Positions 12,270 to 24,203 of a stretch of 64,000 bases of DNA are shown here, one piece after another. Where the stretch lies: NCBI RefSeq assembly GCF_006345805.1, contig NC_043003.1, positions 71,548,001-71,612,000 on the forward strand. The letters are read 5' to 3'. The notes below the pieces were generated by a model. That model made no database searches and was not told where the DNA came from. It saw only the letters and a program-made list of their open reading frames with translations. The stretch is from Octopus sinensis (lineage: Eukaryota). Numbering within the stretch: position 1 is the stretch's first letter; every line of letters starts with the position of its first letter. Both the position numbers and the translations under genes were made by a program.

Positions 12270-13833
12270 TAAAATCATAGGAAGGAAATGAAAGAGTACT
12301 AACTTTGAAATGTTTGACAGACACTTGGTCAGCAAGAGCTGATGCTATTGAAACCCTCACAGATGGATGTATCTGAAATGTACTTTGTGATATTGAAGAT
12401 GATTTGGAACACCTGAAGCAAGATATGAAGCTCAGACATTGGTAGACAAAATAGGTTATCTTGAAACTTCTCAGCTGGCTAACATCTGGAATATAATTCT
12501 TGCACTGTTAAACAGTACAGATAAAGCTTTTCAAGTTGAAATTGATCTGAATAAAGTGCTGGATCTAACTGATTCATTGGAAAACTTTCTGAAATCCCTT
12601 CAGGATAAGTAGAGTTGGAAATGGATGTGAGAAACAAACAAATAAAGCAGCAGCAGATATGCCAAGGAAGAGAAATAAACATGATGTAAATTCAACATCA
12701 ACCTCAGAGGAAGTTGTTCTTTATGTAAGAGAAAAATTCAGATGCGGGATATTCAATGCCCTTTTAGATGAGTTCTATTGCCTTACAAAAATGTAGGGTC
12801 ACTTATTAACCAGTACATAACAAGCTCAAAGTCATAGTCAACTTATGTGGCTTACCAGATGCAGAGATAAGACTGAAGCTGAGAAAGTCAGCATTATTTT
12901 CCTCTGTGATTTTAGCATTGTTTTCAGAGAAATTGTAGTTTGCAACCTTTTGTAAAATCAGTTCATATATCACTCCATCTTAGCAGACACTTTTAATCCA
13001 TGATGAAAGCTTGCTTATACGTTTCCAAGTGTTAATATAACTCTTAGAAAATAGTTGAGCTTGATGGCCACTAGTTGTTCAGAAGAGAGACTATTCAGTA
13101 AATTGGGACTGATAAAGATTTATCTAAGAAACATGATGAGCCATGAAAGACTGCTTTTTGGACACTGAAAAATGATACAGTTTGGAGAATTCATTAAAGA
13201 TTTTCCAAATGCCAAGTGAAGAAAGAAGGACATTTTGTAGGTATTGTAGTAGCATTTAGTGGTAAGGTAGTAAAATTTGATGATATTTTATGTAACTGTA
13301 ATGAGTGACCAGAGTGATGCATTACTGCTATGGTTTTGTTGTCATTTGCTCACTGCAAATTGTTGACAAGTGGATGAAAATTTGTTAATATTCCTATCAT
13401 CTTTCTGGGAGAATTTTTCATTTAGACAAAAAAAACGTTATCAGATGTTGGTTATATATTTTGAGGAAGGAGGTATAATGAGATGCTATGACCTCCCTAC
13501 GTAACTGCCAATGTACTGTAAGCAATTTTTTACAAGTTTGTGCTAACAGAATATCATGAAATTTTGGCTAGTTTTCAATATTTTATTATTAGTAATAATT
13601 ATTGCACCAAATGGAATTATGTTTAGCTTTCTGGCCTATGACACTTGATCTCCCATCTATAATATAGCCACATTAGACACAGCAATTTTTTGATATGTTT
13701 AAAAATTAAAAAGGTACATTTTATACACCAGTAAATATGGTAGTTACATTGAAAAACAGAACTACATGATAGAAATGAAAATTCAAAGTAAAGGTGAGTG
13801 ATGTGTGATTATTATTATTATTATTATTATTAT

Positions 13834-16800
13834 GCTTGAGTATGCTAATTTACTTAGCAGGTATTTTATTGTGATGTTTGATGACAACAAATCTCAAATC
13901 TCAAATCTCAAGAATCTTTCTTAAGATTCTTGCAGAATACAGGCTAGTACTTTTCTGCAGGTTGACAATGCAAGCTTCAATTCCAATCTCATTCAGTCTT
14001 TTAGGGAGTACTTTGGGCATTGTGCCAAGTACATCATTTACTACAGGAATAAAAGTCTTGGTCTTCCACAGTATCTTCAGCTCTCTGGCTAGATCCTGGT
14101 ATTTCTCAATTTTTTTATATCTTTGGTATTGACTCTGCTATCATAAGGAATTATAAAATGTATAATCATACCCTGTTTATTTTGTCCTCTATCACCATAT
14201 TTGGTCTTCTTCCTTTAGAGGTGCAGTCAGTCTTTATGGAGAAATCTCACAAGAAAATTGTCATTTTCTATCACAGTCTCTGGTTCATGTTCACTTTTCT
14301 GTTGTTTTGAAGCCACACACTTAACTAACATCCTAGTGTACTCTTTTGCCTTCACAATCATGTCTGCACTTATACTCTTTTTGTGCTAGTATACTGTGCT
14401 CATTCTAAAGTTGATTGATGCTTTTGCCTCCTTTCCTGTAGATTCTAAATTTGCTATCAGACTGAGTTATGTTGATCTTTGCCTTTATCAGATTTATTCT
14501 AAAGGCTTGTTCCTGAACAGCTATAATTTACATTGCTGTCCTTCATTTCAAGTTCCTGTCTGTCAACTAGAGCCAACGATCTTTACTTCAAACATTCTCG
14601 GTTTATTGCATCAATTGATCATGTAGTTCCGTTTCTTTCCATTTGTTTGTTCTGTTCTTCATTTTCTCTTTGAATTCTCCTACTGATTCAGTCAGTTTCT
14701 GGGTATCTCTGGCTGTCAAAAGTATTCTTTCTTTACGGTGCACAACAAAATTTTTCAGACCCAGTATCACAGTAGTGATTTCTGCATTAATCTTCTGCCA
14801 ACTTCCTTCCTTGGTAGGTAGAGTCAGTTGGCATCACTTTTAGGGTAGAGTGCATTGTGAGCAGCTTTCTAGTTCTTCTATCCAAGTTCTGTAGCTTGAC
14901 CTTTGTCCATTTCAAAAAGGGAGCAGAATATCTCAATATGGGTATAGCCCATGTACTTAAGGCTTTAATGATGTTTCCCACACCATTTAATTTTGTTTCA
15001 AGCACCTTCCTTATTCTCATTTCGTACTCTTTAGTAACTTTCTCTCTCATTTCTTCTCCTTCCATTATCCTATCATCTTGTAGTACCTCAAGGTATTTGT
15101 ACCCTTCATTATTCCACAGCAATCTAATGATGTTGTCTTGTGTTTACCTTCCAGCCTCTCTTCATGATTAGTGCAATAATGAAGAGTAATGGAGAGAATG
15201 GGACCCCTTGGAAAATGCTTCAGTGTGTTTCTATGTTTCCTAACAATTCATTCGCCCATGTCAGTTCTACTTTCCACACTCTCATTGCTTTCTCCAAAAA
15301 GTTTATTTTCTCCTTGACTCCGAGTGTCCTCAGACACTCCAAGAGCCAGCTGTGTGGGACATTGTCATAAGCCTTCCTATAATCTATCCCTCCAACAGCT
15401 AAATTCTTCTTCTTTACTTTGTATCTCATTTAATATTCTACTATCTATATGTTTAGCACAATGGCAGTTCCCCTTGATTCCTTCCTATAATCTTTTTGTT
15501 CTTCTAGCAATAGGTTCTCTTTTTTGAGAAAATCACATACTTTATCCACTATGAGATCAATTGATAGTTTCCAGAGTAATGGTAAGAAAGTAATGGGTCT
15601 ATAATCGCTGACTTCCCTTCTCTTTAATTTGTCCTGTATCAACACTGTATTTTCTTTTATCATCCATGCTGGTGTTCAATTTTTTTTTCCTTTTCCAGTC
15701 AGTGAAAGATGACTGTGTAAACTTGGGAGATTCTTGAGCCAGAAACCCGGGACACCATCTGGTCTGGGGGCGTTTTAGTTTGGTATTTTCTTCATCTCTT
15801 TTACTTTCTTATCTGTGATTGTTATATTTTCTTGTGTCACTCCAATTTCCATTTTTCTTTTAAATTCCCTCAATCAGTCTGCTTTTATTATTATGTGGGA
15901 CTTTTTTGCTTCAGATTTCTGTCCAGAATTTTCTGGCTGCTTCAGCATCTGGCATATCATTTTCCTGATGCTTTTCTTCATTGTTCAGTTGCTTATAGAA
16001 TTTTCTTTTGTTGTTCTTGAAGAGTCTATTCTGCTGGTCAGATTTGTTCTCTGCTGGTATATATATATATATTTTTGTTTTTACCCAACACTGCTTTGAT
16101 TCTTTGTCTTAGTTCCTCTTTAACTACTTCAGTTCTTTGTGTCTTATGTTGTGCTTCCTTTGCAGTTTGTTCTTGTATCTTAACCCTCATCCTCTTCCTT
16201 CCTATGACTGCATGTATCCATCCCAAGTTCCTCCTGACAGATTCAATTTGGTTCTCAAGCCTTCCTTCTCATCATGGGATTTTGTCTTTTCTTTTTCTTT
16301 CACTTTTAACCCTAAGACTTTGCACAGCTACAGAGGCTGTGCAGTACATAAGGTCATTTAGATCAGTTATGTTCATATTGTAGATTTTTGTTAATAATTC
16401 ATCCATCTTTTTCACTATTTAGATAGTTTTCCTATTTCGATTCCTCTCAAAGATGATAGTGTCTTTCTTTCAGTATCCGTGCCTCATTCAGGTGCAGTAA
16501 TAAGCTCATTTCTTCCTTTGTAACAGTCTTTCCCTCCACAAAGTAAAATTTACCATCATCCAAGCAGCTGTTTCTTTTGTGGGAATTTTTTTGTCTCTCT
16601 ACTAATCCTTGTTCTGGTTTTTGTTCTTCTGTTCAGGGTAGTTATGTTCACACTCTTTCACAATTGGAGAGATATCCCATTCCAACTGGGATAGCCACTG
16701 CCTTTTTATGATTAAATATTTTGGTCTAAAAATGTTTGGTCCATGATAGGGAACATGTCTTTCTCTGACATCCTATTTTGGTAGGGCTATAGTAATTTGA

Positions 16801-17105
16801 GTCCATTTTCTCCCAATCAGTTGATAGTTTAGATAACAATCAGGTCCACCACGCTGCACAGTGGAGCACTTGCTGTGTGAGAAATCTTTACTTGGGGTTT
16901 GGGTCACATGAACACAGCTGTGAGGATTTTTATTTGGTATTACCCTCATAAAAAAGGCTGTGTTAGTGAGTTGTCACAACCACCTGTGTTTTTATCAGGA
17001 TACCATCTCTATGGGATTGCCAAGCCAAGGTGAAAAGGACTCTCTTCCCTCTGAGTAGATTTATCCCCATGAAAACATTCTCTGCCATTTTTGTATATGT
17101 GATAT
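13834..17105 (-). mobile_element. Near full-length decayed R4/Dong-clade non-LTR retrotransposon (RT plus C-terminal RLE)
   Basis: DYRPITFLPLLWK, IDYRKAYDNVPHSWLLECL, EGYKYLEVLQ...RIRKVLETKLNG..NIIKALSTWAIPILRYSA...LDRRTRKLLTMH, KIEKYQDLARELKILWKT...LGTMPK...LQKSTSLYSARILRKILEI; (ATT)n at 13808-13833 and short (TTA)n at ~17106-17116. Confidence 0.85.
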
Positions 17106-17589
17106 TTATTATTATTGTTACTGCTGTCTGGAGCTGTAATATTTCCATTGGCAGTACTTTTACAGAAATGCTATTTAGATGACCACTGACTCCTCTGAGT
17201 TCATCCATCCTTCGATGGGGCTTGTTTTGCTTCTTGCAGGGTGACCAAATAACAAGAAAAACACAATCATTACAGAGCTAGCTCTGTGGAATTGCTCATT
17301 ATTATTCTGTCACTTGATAAATATAATAACAAGACAAATCTAATTTGTATGTTTTTAAAGAGTTATTTTATTAACCTGCAATGTGTTTTCACTCATATAA
17401 GCCTCATCAATACAATAGTAATCACTTTATGGACTGTTGCTACATTGTGCAGACACATGTGCATGTACACGCATTCATGTCCTGGTTCAACATCTATAAC
17501 TTCTTCTATACATACGCAAAAACAGCTTGTATAGAGCTGCTACTACTATTACCACCATGCACAAACATCTGTAAAAGTGCTTCTGCTCT

Positions 17590-17632
<43 letters not shown>
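17590..17632. repeat. (ACT)n microsatellite
   Basis: Direct reading. Confidence 0.95.
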
Positions 17633-17633
<1 letters not shown>

Positions 17634-17680
17634 TACAACAGGCACAATCAGTACTGCTATGCACACAAACATCCTAGATC

Positions 17681-17932
17681 ATTCTGCTGTGTCTGGGGAG
17701 AGTCATTTCCTTTTTGTGTCTTATAATGTAACATACTCACCGGTAAAATTTCCACTTTTTTTCTTATTTTTATTTTCCTAAAATTTTCGTTGCATCTTGC
17801 AACCTTTTCAATAGTCTTGACTATTGAAAATGTTAAGAAAATAAAAATAAGGAATAAGTAGAAATTTTACCGGTGAGTGTATTACATTATAAGGCACAAA
17901 AAGAAAACGACTCGCCCCAGACACAACAGAAT
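17681..17932. mobile_element. Foldback (palindromic) element, probably an inverted PLE pseudo-LTR
   Basis: Arms 17681-17816 and 17819-17932 are inverted about a 2-nt centre (ttttcaatagtc-tt-gactattgaaaa). Confidence 0.7.
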
Positions 17933-18369
17933 ATGCTTCAACACACGAACTCACGTAAACAATCTTGCAAACCAAATCCAAAAACGAAATCCAAGATCAT
18001 GTTTAAATGAAAGTCATTCAGCTGAGTATCAAAGACTCATTGAGAGACATACTGCAACCCTATAACCATGCTGTTTTTTCAATCTGCTTCTCCTTTGGCT
18101 GCATCTACAATCATGCATGTTGCCACAGTTGTTGACGTAAACAATCATATCACAATCAGCAATCTTAGAGGCTAGCACAAGTCATGGGATGCACCTTTCC
18201 TTCTCATGATTAATCCATATAAAAACTACAAACTTAAGAAATAAGTGAGATAATAAAATATAGAGTTCAATAAAAAAAAAATAAAATCATAGTAACATTC
18301 ACTAATGCTTGTTATCTTTTCACATCTTACTGTCTTTTAGTATCTCATTTTCTGCTTTCATGATCTTAA

Positions 18370-18880
18370 GAGTGTTTTAAAGTAAGACCTGATGTCTATT
18401 CTCCAACTGCATTGTATCTAGTCAAAGATACAATGAAATACCTACAATAGGATATAAAATTCATGACTTGGATGTTCAAGATATATTAACTTGCACTGAT
18501 GTACACCACCATTGGTTTATGAGACTTTTGACCTGGTCTTATCAGTGCACTTTGTATCAAAAAGTATTTATATTATCTCATTATTATTGAGGTGTCAAGA
18601 ATGTTTATGATACAACATCCATGCCACTGATCCATACAGAAGGGTGAACAATATTTTGTACCTTACTTGGCTTATGATATGCTTGTTGTTCCACAGTTAC
18701 TCTCTTAAAATTCCTAAGCCTAGTTGGCCTTGCTCATTTTATAATCTAGTTCATCACTGAGCTTATCATCATTACTAATTGAACTATTTACTTAAGTCTG
18801 CCTTTACTAGCCCACGCATTAATCCACAAAGGCTTGTTGATGATACCAACTCATGTCAGTATAGAAATATCAATTTAAAA
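18370..18880 (-). mobile_element. Old RTE-clade LINE RT relic
   Basis: The minus strand reads SNDDKLSDELDYKMSKAN...LFTLLYGS..W, resembling the RTE RT C-terminal region. Confidence 0.55.
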
Positions 18881-19914
18881 TAAAATATCTAAGTGATGTT
18901 GGAATGACATGCAGTCCTCTTCCTCAGTTTCTGAATGCATTTTCAACTTAAAATTTAGTTTATTTCTTTACTTGCTGAATCTTCCTCAACTGGCATTGGA
19001 GGATGTTTTTTTTCTCTACCAGCCATAATTTCAAACAAGATATCTAATATTTGTTCACTGACACACATTTTTTGGAGGGTAGGATGCTTAGTTCATAGAA
19101 TGGTACTTATGTTATTACCCATGAAACAATAATGCTTATGTTATTACCTATGGAACAATGAAAATCAGCATGAAAAGGAACTGAACCCACAGTGTAAAGT
19201 GACAGGGCTAACAAATGAGATTTAATAAACGAGAGTTGTTTCCAATAAAAATTCATGCCAACAATTTTTGAACAGTCAGCAGATGTATGTCTGTAATGTT
19301 TGATGGTAAATATATATCCTCACAAACAACACTAGCGCTAGTCACAAAGCAGGGACCATTTATGAGTCAGACAAACTATGGTAAGACAGTTAAGTACCTT
19401 TCATCAAGACATAACACATTAAAAGCAATAAGTAATCATATGACCAGTAGATCAATACTTTAACCATATAAGTTGGCTTTTAGACAAATTTCTATGATAA
19501 AAATAAATAACTGACAATAAAAACTTTAAGAGAGGAATTTCATATGAATTATTCTCAGACAGAGTAGATTGGAATTAAACTTTCAGCACTGACTAAAATA
19601 TAATCTGTTCATTTATTCATATTAAAAATACAATCTTATGGCAAGCTGGTTTGTAATGAATTTTTCTTTAAAACAATTTTCATGTCATAAGTGTAATAAT
19701 TTTATTGATGCAAGTGGGTTTTTTTTTTTCTTTTTCAAATCAATATTAAATATCTGATACATGATCATCCAATCAATAACATTATGAATGAAATTTCAAG
19801 AAGGTAAGTTAATCATGAATGTTTAAAGGTTGACTGTGGAAAAATGAATAGAGTATAATCTAAGCAAGGTACAAAGTATGTAGAATTGTTAGCCTGAGCT
19901 AAAATTCCAACAAG

Positions 19915-20095
19915 GCCAATTTCATTTTTCATCCTTTTGAGGTCGATAAAATCCAAAAACGAAATCCTAGATCATGTTTAAATGAAAGCCATTCAGCTGA
20001 GTATCAAATAAGTACCAGTCAAGTATTGGGGTTGATGTAATTGACTTTTCCTGCCCTCAAAAACTGCTGGCCCAGTTCCAAAATTTGAAACCATT
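19915..20095 (+). mobile_element. SINE family A fragment interrupted by a 60-bp foreign insert (19949-20008)
   Basis: catccttttgaggtcgataaa|insert|taagtaccagtc...ggggttgatgtaattgac. Confidence 0.75.
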
Positions 20096-21189
20096 ATTTA
20101 CCCTTCTGTTATGTCTCTAAAGCTTCTGAGCTCAAATCATGTTGTCAAATTTTGTCCTTAGTTCCTTTGAAGATGATAAAAATCAAGAACTGGTCAAGTA
20201 CTAGGATTGATGTACCAGTTAACTACCTTCATTTGTATTTAAATTAGAAAGACTCATTAGAGGCTCAGAAAAAAATGCATCACGGTATTTCTTCAGACTC
20301 TGCTTTTTGATTTCAAATCCTGCCTTTCATCCTTTTCTTAAAATACCAATCAAATACAAAAGTTGACGAAATTGGTTAACTCCTCCCATCAGAATTGCTG
20401 GTACATGCATGTGTATAAGTGTAGAAATAAATTCTACTTATGAATTCCCGTTAAAAATATATAAAATAAAGTTGCATGTTCTATTTGTTTATTTTTCTTT
20501 CTTATTTATACTAAAAACATTTTGTTTCATGCTCTTTGACAAAGTAAAATATGCTTTTTTTTTGTTTTTAGATAAAATTGCCAATAAAAAGGAATAAAGT
20601 GGATTGAGAATTCAGTCTATTCTACCAATTATATTTTTCTGAGGAAAATATAAACATAGAAGAAAAAAGAAAATAAAGAAACCCATATAAATGTACTAAG
20701 AAAAACAAAGCAGAAAAAGAATAATTTAGTAGGTAGGTTAAATAAACTACCATTTCAAGTGAATATTTGGTTTATCAAAGAAACAAAACTCAAGTTGTAC
20801 AGATGATATATTTAAAAATGAAAAAAAGTAGTGATATATTTCTCTAATTTAAGAAAAAACCCAACTACTTCTTAACTTGATTCATGAGATTCATAATTTT
20901 ATCATAAATGGATAGGTACTTTTAAAAGATAGCTATTTTCAACTATTTGCATGCAAATATCAATGCTTCTGTATTAAAGTTGATAGAATCAATTTTACAA
21001 GAGACAGGTGTTTACTTTAATTATAGGTGTTACTTTAACTTTTGCAAAAAATATTTGAATCTTAATAGACAAAGAAAACTATATTGTTAAAGTAATCAAC
21101 TCTGTCTTCTTTCTAGCATAAAAAAGTTGCTCTGATGTGTCCAGGCCAACTTCTTTTCAGGGAAATGATACACCAATATAATATATTTT

Positions 21190-21780
21190 CATTAGATGTT
21201 GACTGGTGATCCCCTGACAAATCCGTATCTTCTGAAGGCAATGTTCTCTCCAGTGATGCTGGACGGCATTATTGTTACCAGAGAATGTCTATGTTGCTTT
21301 GATCTACATGACAGCATCCCCTTTCTTTTTCCATCATCCACACAGCCACCATAATAAGCTGAGAGCAGCTGTAACAACTCCAACCATGTAGCAAGGATTT
21401 CATTTTAACCCTCACCGAAGATTTGCTTTCAGTTTTGACCTTTCCCTCAGATATATCTTCCATATTCACAATGAATCATTTTCTCTTTCACCTCTCCTTT
21501 CTAAATCCAATACAAGCCAGGTAGGACATTGTGGATTAAGCCACAAGTGCATGACATCCTACCTCGATTGGGATGTCATACACTATACACTGTGACCTTC
21601 ACAGCTCACCTAGTTCTCCAAGTCTTCCCCATTTTATGCTCTTCCTTTCATAAATTACACTCCATAGTTCCTAAGGTCCCATTTTTCATCAAGTCAAAAG
21701 GTCAGAGCATTGTATTGCCACTGCAATATAGCTTGGGAATACATGGGATATCTTCAAATCCACCTGCTCCTTCCAGCTTT
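21190..21780 (+). mobile_element. Possible highly decayed LINE (L2-like) fragment
   Basis: Less AT-rich than its flanks, with weak similarity to the EN-RT linker of L2-type ORF2; no clean motif. Confidence 0.3.
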
Positions 21781-22784
21781 TAAGTACTGTGCAGAAGTCT
21801 GGGTATTTGACAAATAATACTAACATGGAAGATCTCTCTTTCCCTTTCTCCTACAAATACCTGGCTAATGCTACAAATTGTAATTAACTTACATTTAAGA
21901 ATATGAAAATTATTAAATTTCTAATTGATGTATTATATCAATTGTTAGTGAGATTATTATTGTTTTATAGACTATTCATCTCCTTTGCAGACATTTAATA
22001 TCTGATGGTCATCAAGTGTCTTAATTTCTGAATATATATGATACTACTGCTAAACTAAAGGTGAAAATACTGGGCCAGTTCACTGGGCCACTAATACATT
22101 TCTAAAAAGGAGCTATTGCTTTCAAAAAATTGGAAATTCTGTTATAGTTAACACAGGAATATTTGCATGGATTTTTAAAGTTTTTATTTATATCCCCAGG
22201 GAAAACATATTACCAATTTTGTTGCATTAGTTTAATACTAATAAAAAAAATTTCAGTTAACACTATGAAATATGCAAGCAAATATAAATTAGATATATAA
22301 AATAAATAATTAAATAAACAGAAAATGATTATGATTGTTACCTGTCTGTCAGGAAATAGCTATTATAGATACCTGGAATGTAACAAAGATTATGATTTTG
22401 AGGCTACAGTAATTAATGGAAATTAGAATGAACAAAAATTTCTAAAGACAGAATAATTGTGAATAATTCAAAATTATGGTGGAAGAGGAATCTCATAAAC
22501 CAGAGACTGTGTACAGTAATATAGTGTCTGGTGCTTCAGGATGGAGCCAAGTGAAATCAGTGAGAGACAGGATGAACAGTGGTGAAACAAGGTGCATGTT
22601 GGTGCATCAAGCAGATACAAAGATGATGTTGATAAAATCGGTCAAAATATATATCATGCTTTAATTAAAAAATACCTGAAAATTCAATCAAATTCCTTTC
22701 CTCTAAAATAAATTTTATTGCATATTAATATACAGAGGCATCCTATAAATAATATCTCAAGATTTAAAAACATACACCTGATAT

Positions 22785-23010
22785 GCAAACCACATAGTTT
22801 CAGGTTCAGTTCCACTGCATGGCAACTTGGGCAACTGTCTCTTACAATAGCCCTAGGTTGACCAAAGTCTTCAGTGGATTTGGTAGATGGAAACTGGAAG
22901 AAGTCCATCATGTGTGTGTATATATATATATTTCCCCACCCAAAAACACACAGTATACAAGTACACAACTTTACACATACACACACACACATCAGTTTAA
23001 CAGCTGTCCC
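22785..23010 (+). mobile_element. tRNA-derived SINE, family B
   Basis: ggttcagttccactgcatggcaacttgggcaac...gtggatttggtagatggaaactg; relatives at 42165 (-) and 46893 (+). Confidence 0.75.
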
Positions 23011-23357
23011 AATTACCACTCATGTCTAAAACAACCTCTCTACTATTTCCAGTCATTCATCATGCTGTGATGGTTGGTCACATGAGCGTTTCTATTTCTC
23101 CAGTTTTCACTCTCCATTCTATTTTTTCTATATCTGTCTTATTTATCAGAAGATGGTATATCCACAATGTTAAAGACATTTTTTTGTTTCTTTTCCCATT
23201 AGCTGAACTTCAAACCAATACCAGCTGTGTTTATTTTGAACCTCATCTTTGTGTTGTATTTTGCATAACTTCTGCACTATGTATGTGTGTGTGTGTCTGT
23301 CTGTCTGTCTATCTATCTTTATATCTATATATCTATCTATCTATATATATATATATA

Positions 23358-23570
23358 TGAGTTAATCCAAACATGAAAACACAACAACGCGTGGATGTGG
23401 AACAAGTATAGTGTTATTGGACACTCAGGAAAGGAAAGAAAGAAGGAAGGAGGATTTAATGTTTCGAATGGAGCTCTTCATTAGAAACATAGGAAAAGGA
23501 AAGGTCCAAAGAAGGGAAGACATAGGAAAAAAGAAAAATTGCCAATGATACACACGCGGTCACATTTTGA
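23358..23570 (-). mobile_element. Penelope-like pseudo-LTR fragment with a decayed hammerhead motif (23453-23488)
   Basis: The minus strand reads ttt-ctaatga-agagc-tcc-attc-gaaac-att-aaa; flanked by (TA)n. Confidence 0.6.
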
Positions 23571-23589
23571 ATATATATATATATATATA

Positions 23590-23898
23590 TTGATAAAACA
23601 GTAAGATAACAAAAGAAAGAAAGAGACCTCAATATTATGTAAATAGAGGAAATTTATCTATACAATATGTTACATTACTCGGTAGTCAAGATAAAACTCT
23701 GAGTTTCAGATGCCGAAGTGGAAATCCACAACACCATCTCTTCGGTTATCTGGCTATTTGAAAACGTTATGAAAAACGGTATTTTTCATAACGTTTTCAA
23801 ATAGCCAGATAACCGAAGAGATGGTGTTGTGGATTTCCACTTCGGCATCTGAAACTCAGAGTTTTATCTTGACTACCGAGTAATGTAACATATTGTAT

Positions 23899-23903
<5 letters not shown>
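23590..23903. mobile_element. Penelope-like pseudo-LTR forming a perfect 122-bp inverted repeat (23655-23776 / 23782-23903)
   Basis: Base-by-base reverse complementarity with a 5-nt spacer cggta; 23590-23680 is also seen at 59560-59652 and 25925-25960. Confidence 0.85.
23807..23869 (+). ncRNA. Type I hammerhead-ribozyme-like motif (mirror copy at 23689-23751 on the minus strand)
   Basis: agataa-CCGAAGA-gatggtg..gtgg-attt-ccac..cggcatc-t-GAAA-c-tcaga-GUU^-ttatct; stems I, II and III all pair; core departs from the consensus (C4, extra U before G12). Confidence 0.6.
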
Positions 23904-23941
<38 letters not shown>

Positions 23942-24011
23942 GAAGTATCAGTGCCAAGCAGTGTTTAAGCATAAGCAAACTTTAGGCTAGTTAAAATATG
24001 TCTGTCACATA

Positions 24012-24203
24012 CTTCAACTTCTAAAAGCAAATTCACTGCAGTTACTGTTGAGAAAAAAATTCTGTCCTATGGCAAAAGGTGTAAAAACATCATATTTGCT
24101 TAGTGTTGTCCTGTGTTGGATTCTAAGATGCAGCATTTCTAGCTCTTTGGCTGTTATGAATTCTCCATGGTAACTGCAATGAATTTGCTTTTAGAAGTTG
24201 GAA
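24012..24203. mobile_element. MITE with 31-bp TIRs (Tc1/mariner-like, TA-flanked)
   Basis: caacttctaaaagcaaattcactgcagttac (24015-24045) versus gtaactgcaatgaatttgcttttagaagttg (24170-24200), 30/31 inverted match. Confidence 0.8.

Larger units (their letters stand above)
10925..13230 (+). mobile_element. hAT-superfamily (ZMYM1-like) transposase pseudogene with nested insertions
   Basis: Translated remnants: YLSPLVYEEIVLLM, AKYYSMSL, CRKQSYDSASNMSG, FIPCTAHSLN, TLKCLTDT-WSARADA, FPSVNITLRK..LMATSCSEERLFSKLGLIKIYLRNMMSHERL (dimerisation domain); many stops and frameshifts. Confidence 0.9.

Noticed and set aside
21192-21469. Minus-strand ORFs and a DAGRHYC Ig-like motif on the plus strand
   Set aside because: The motif spacing does not fit DxGxYxC and the frames are interrupted; more likely a decayed LINE
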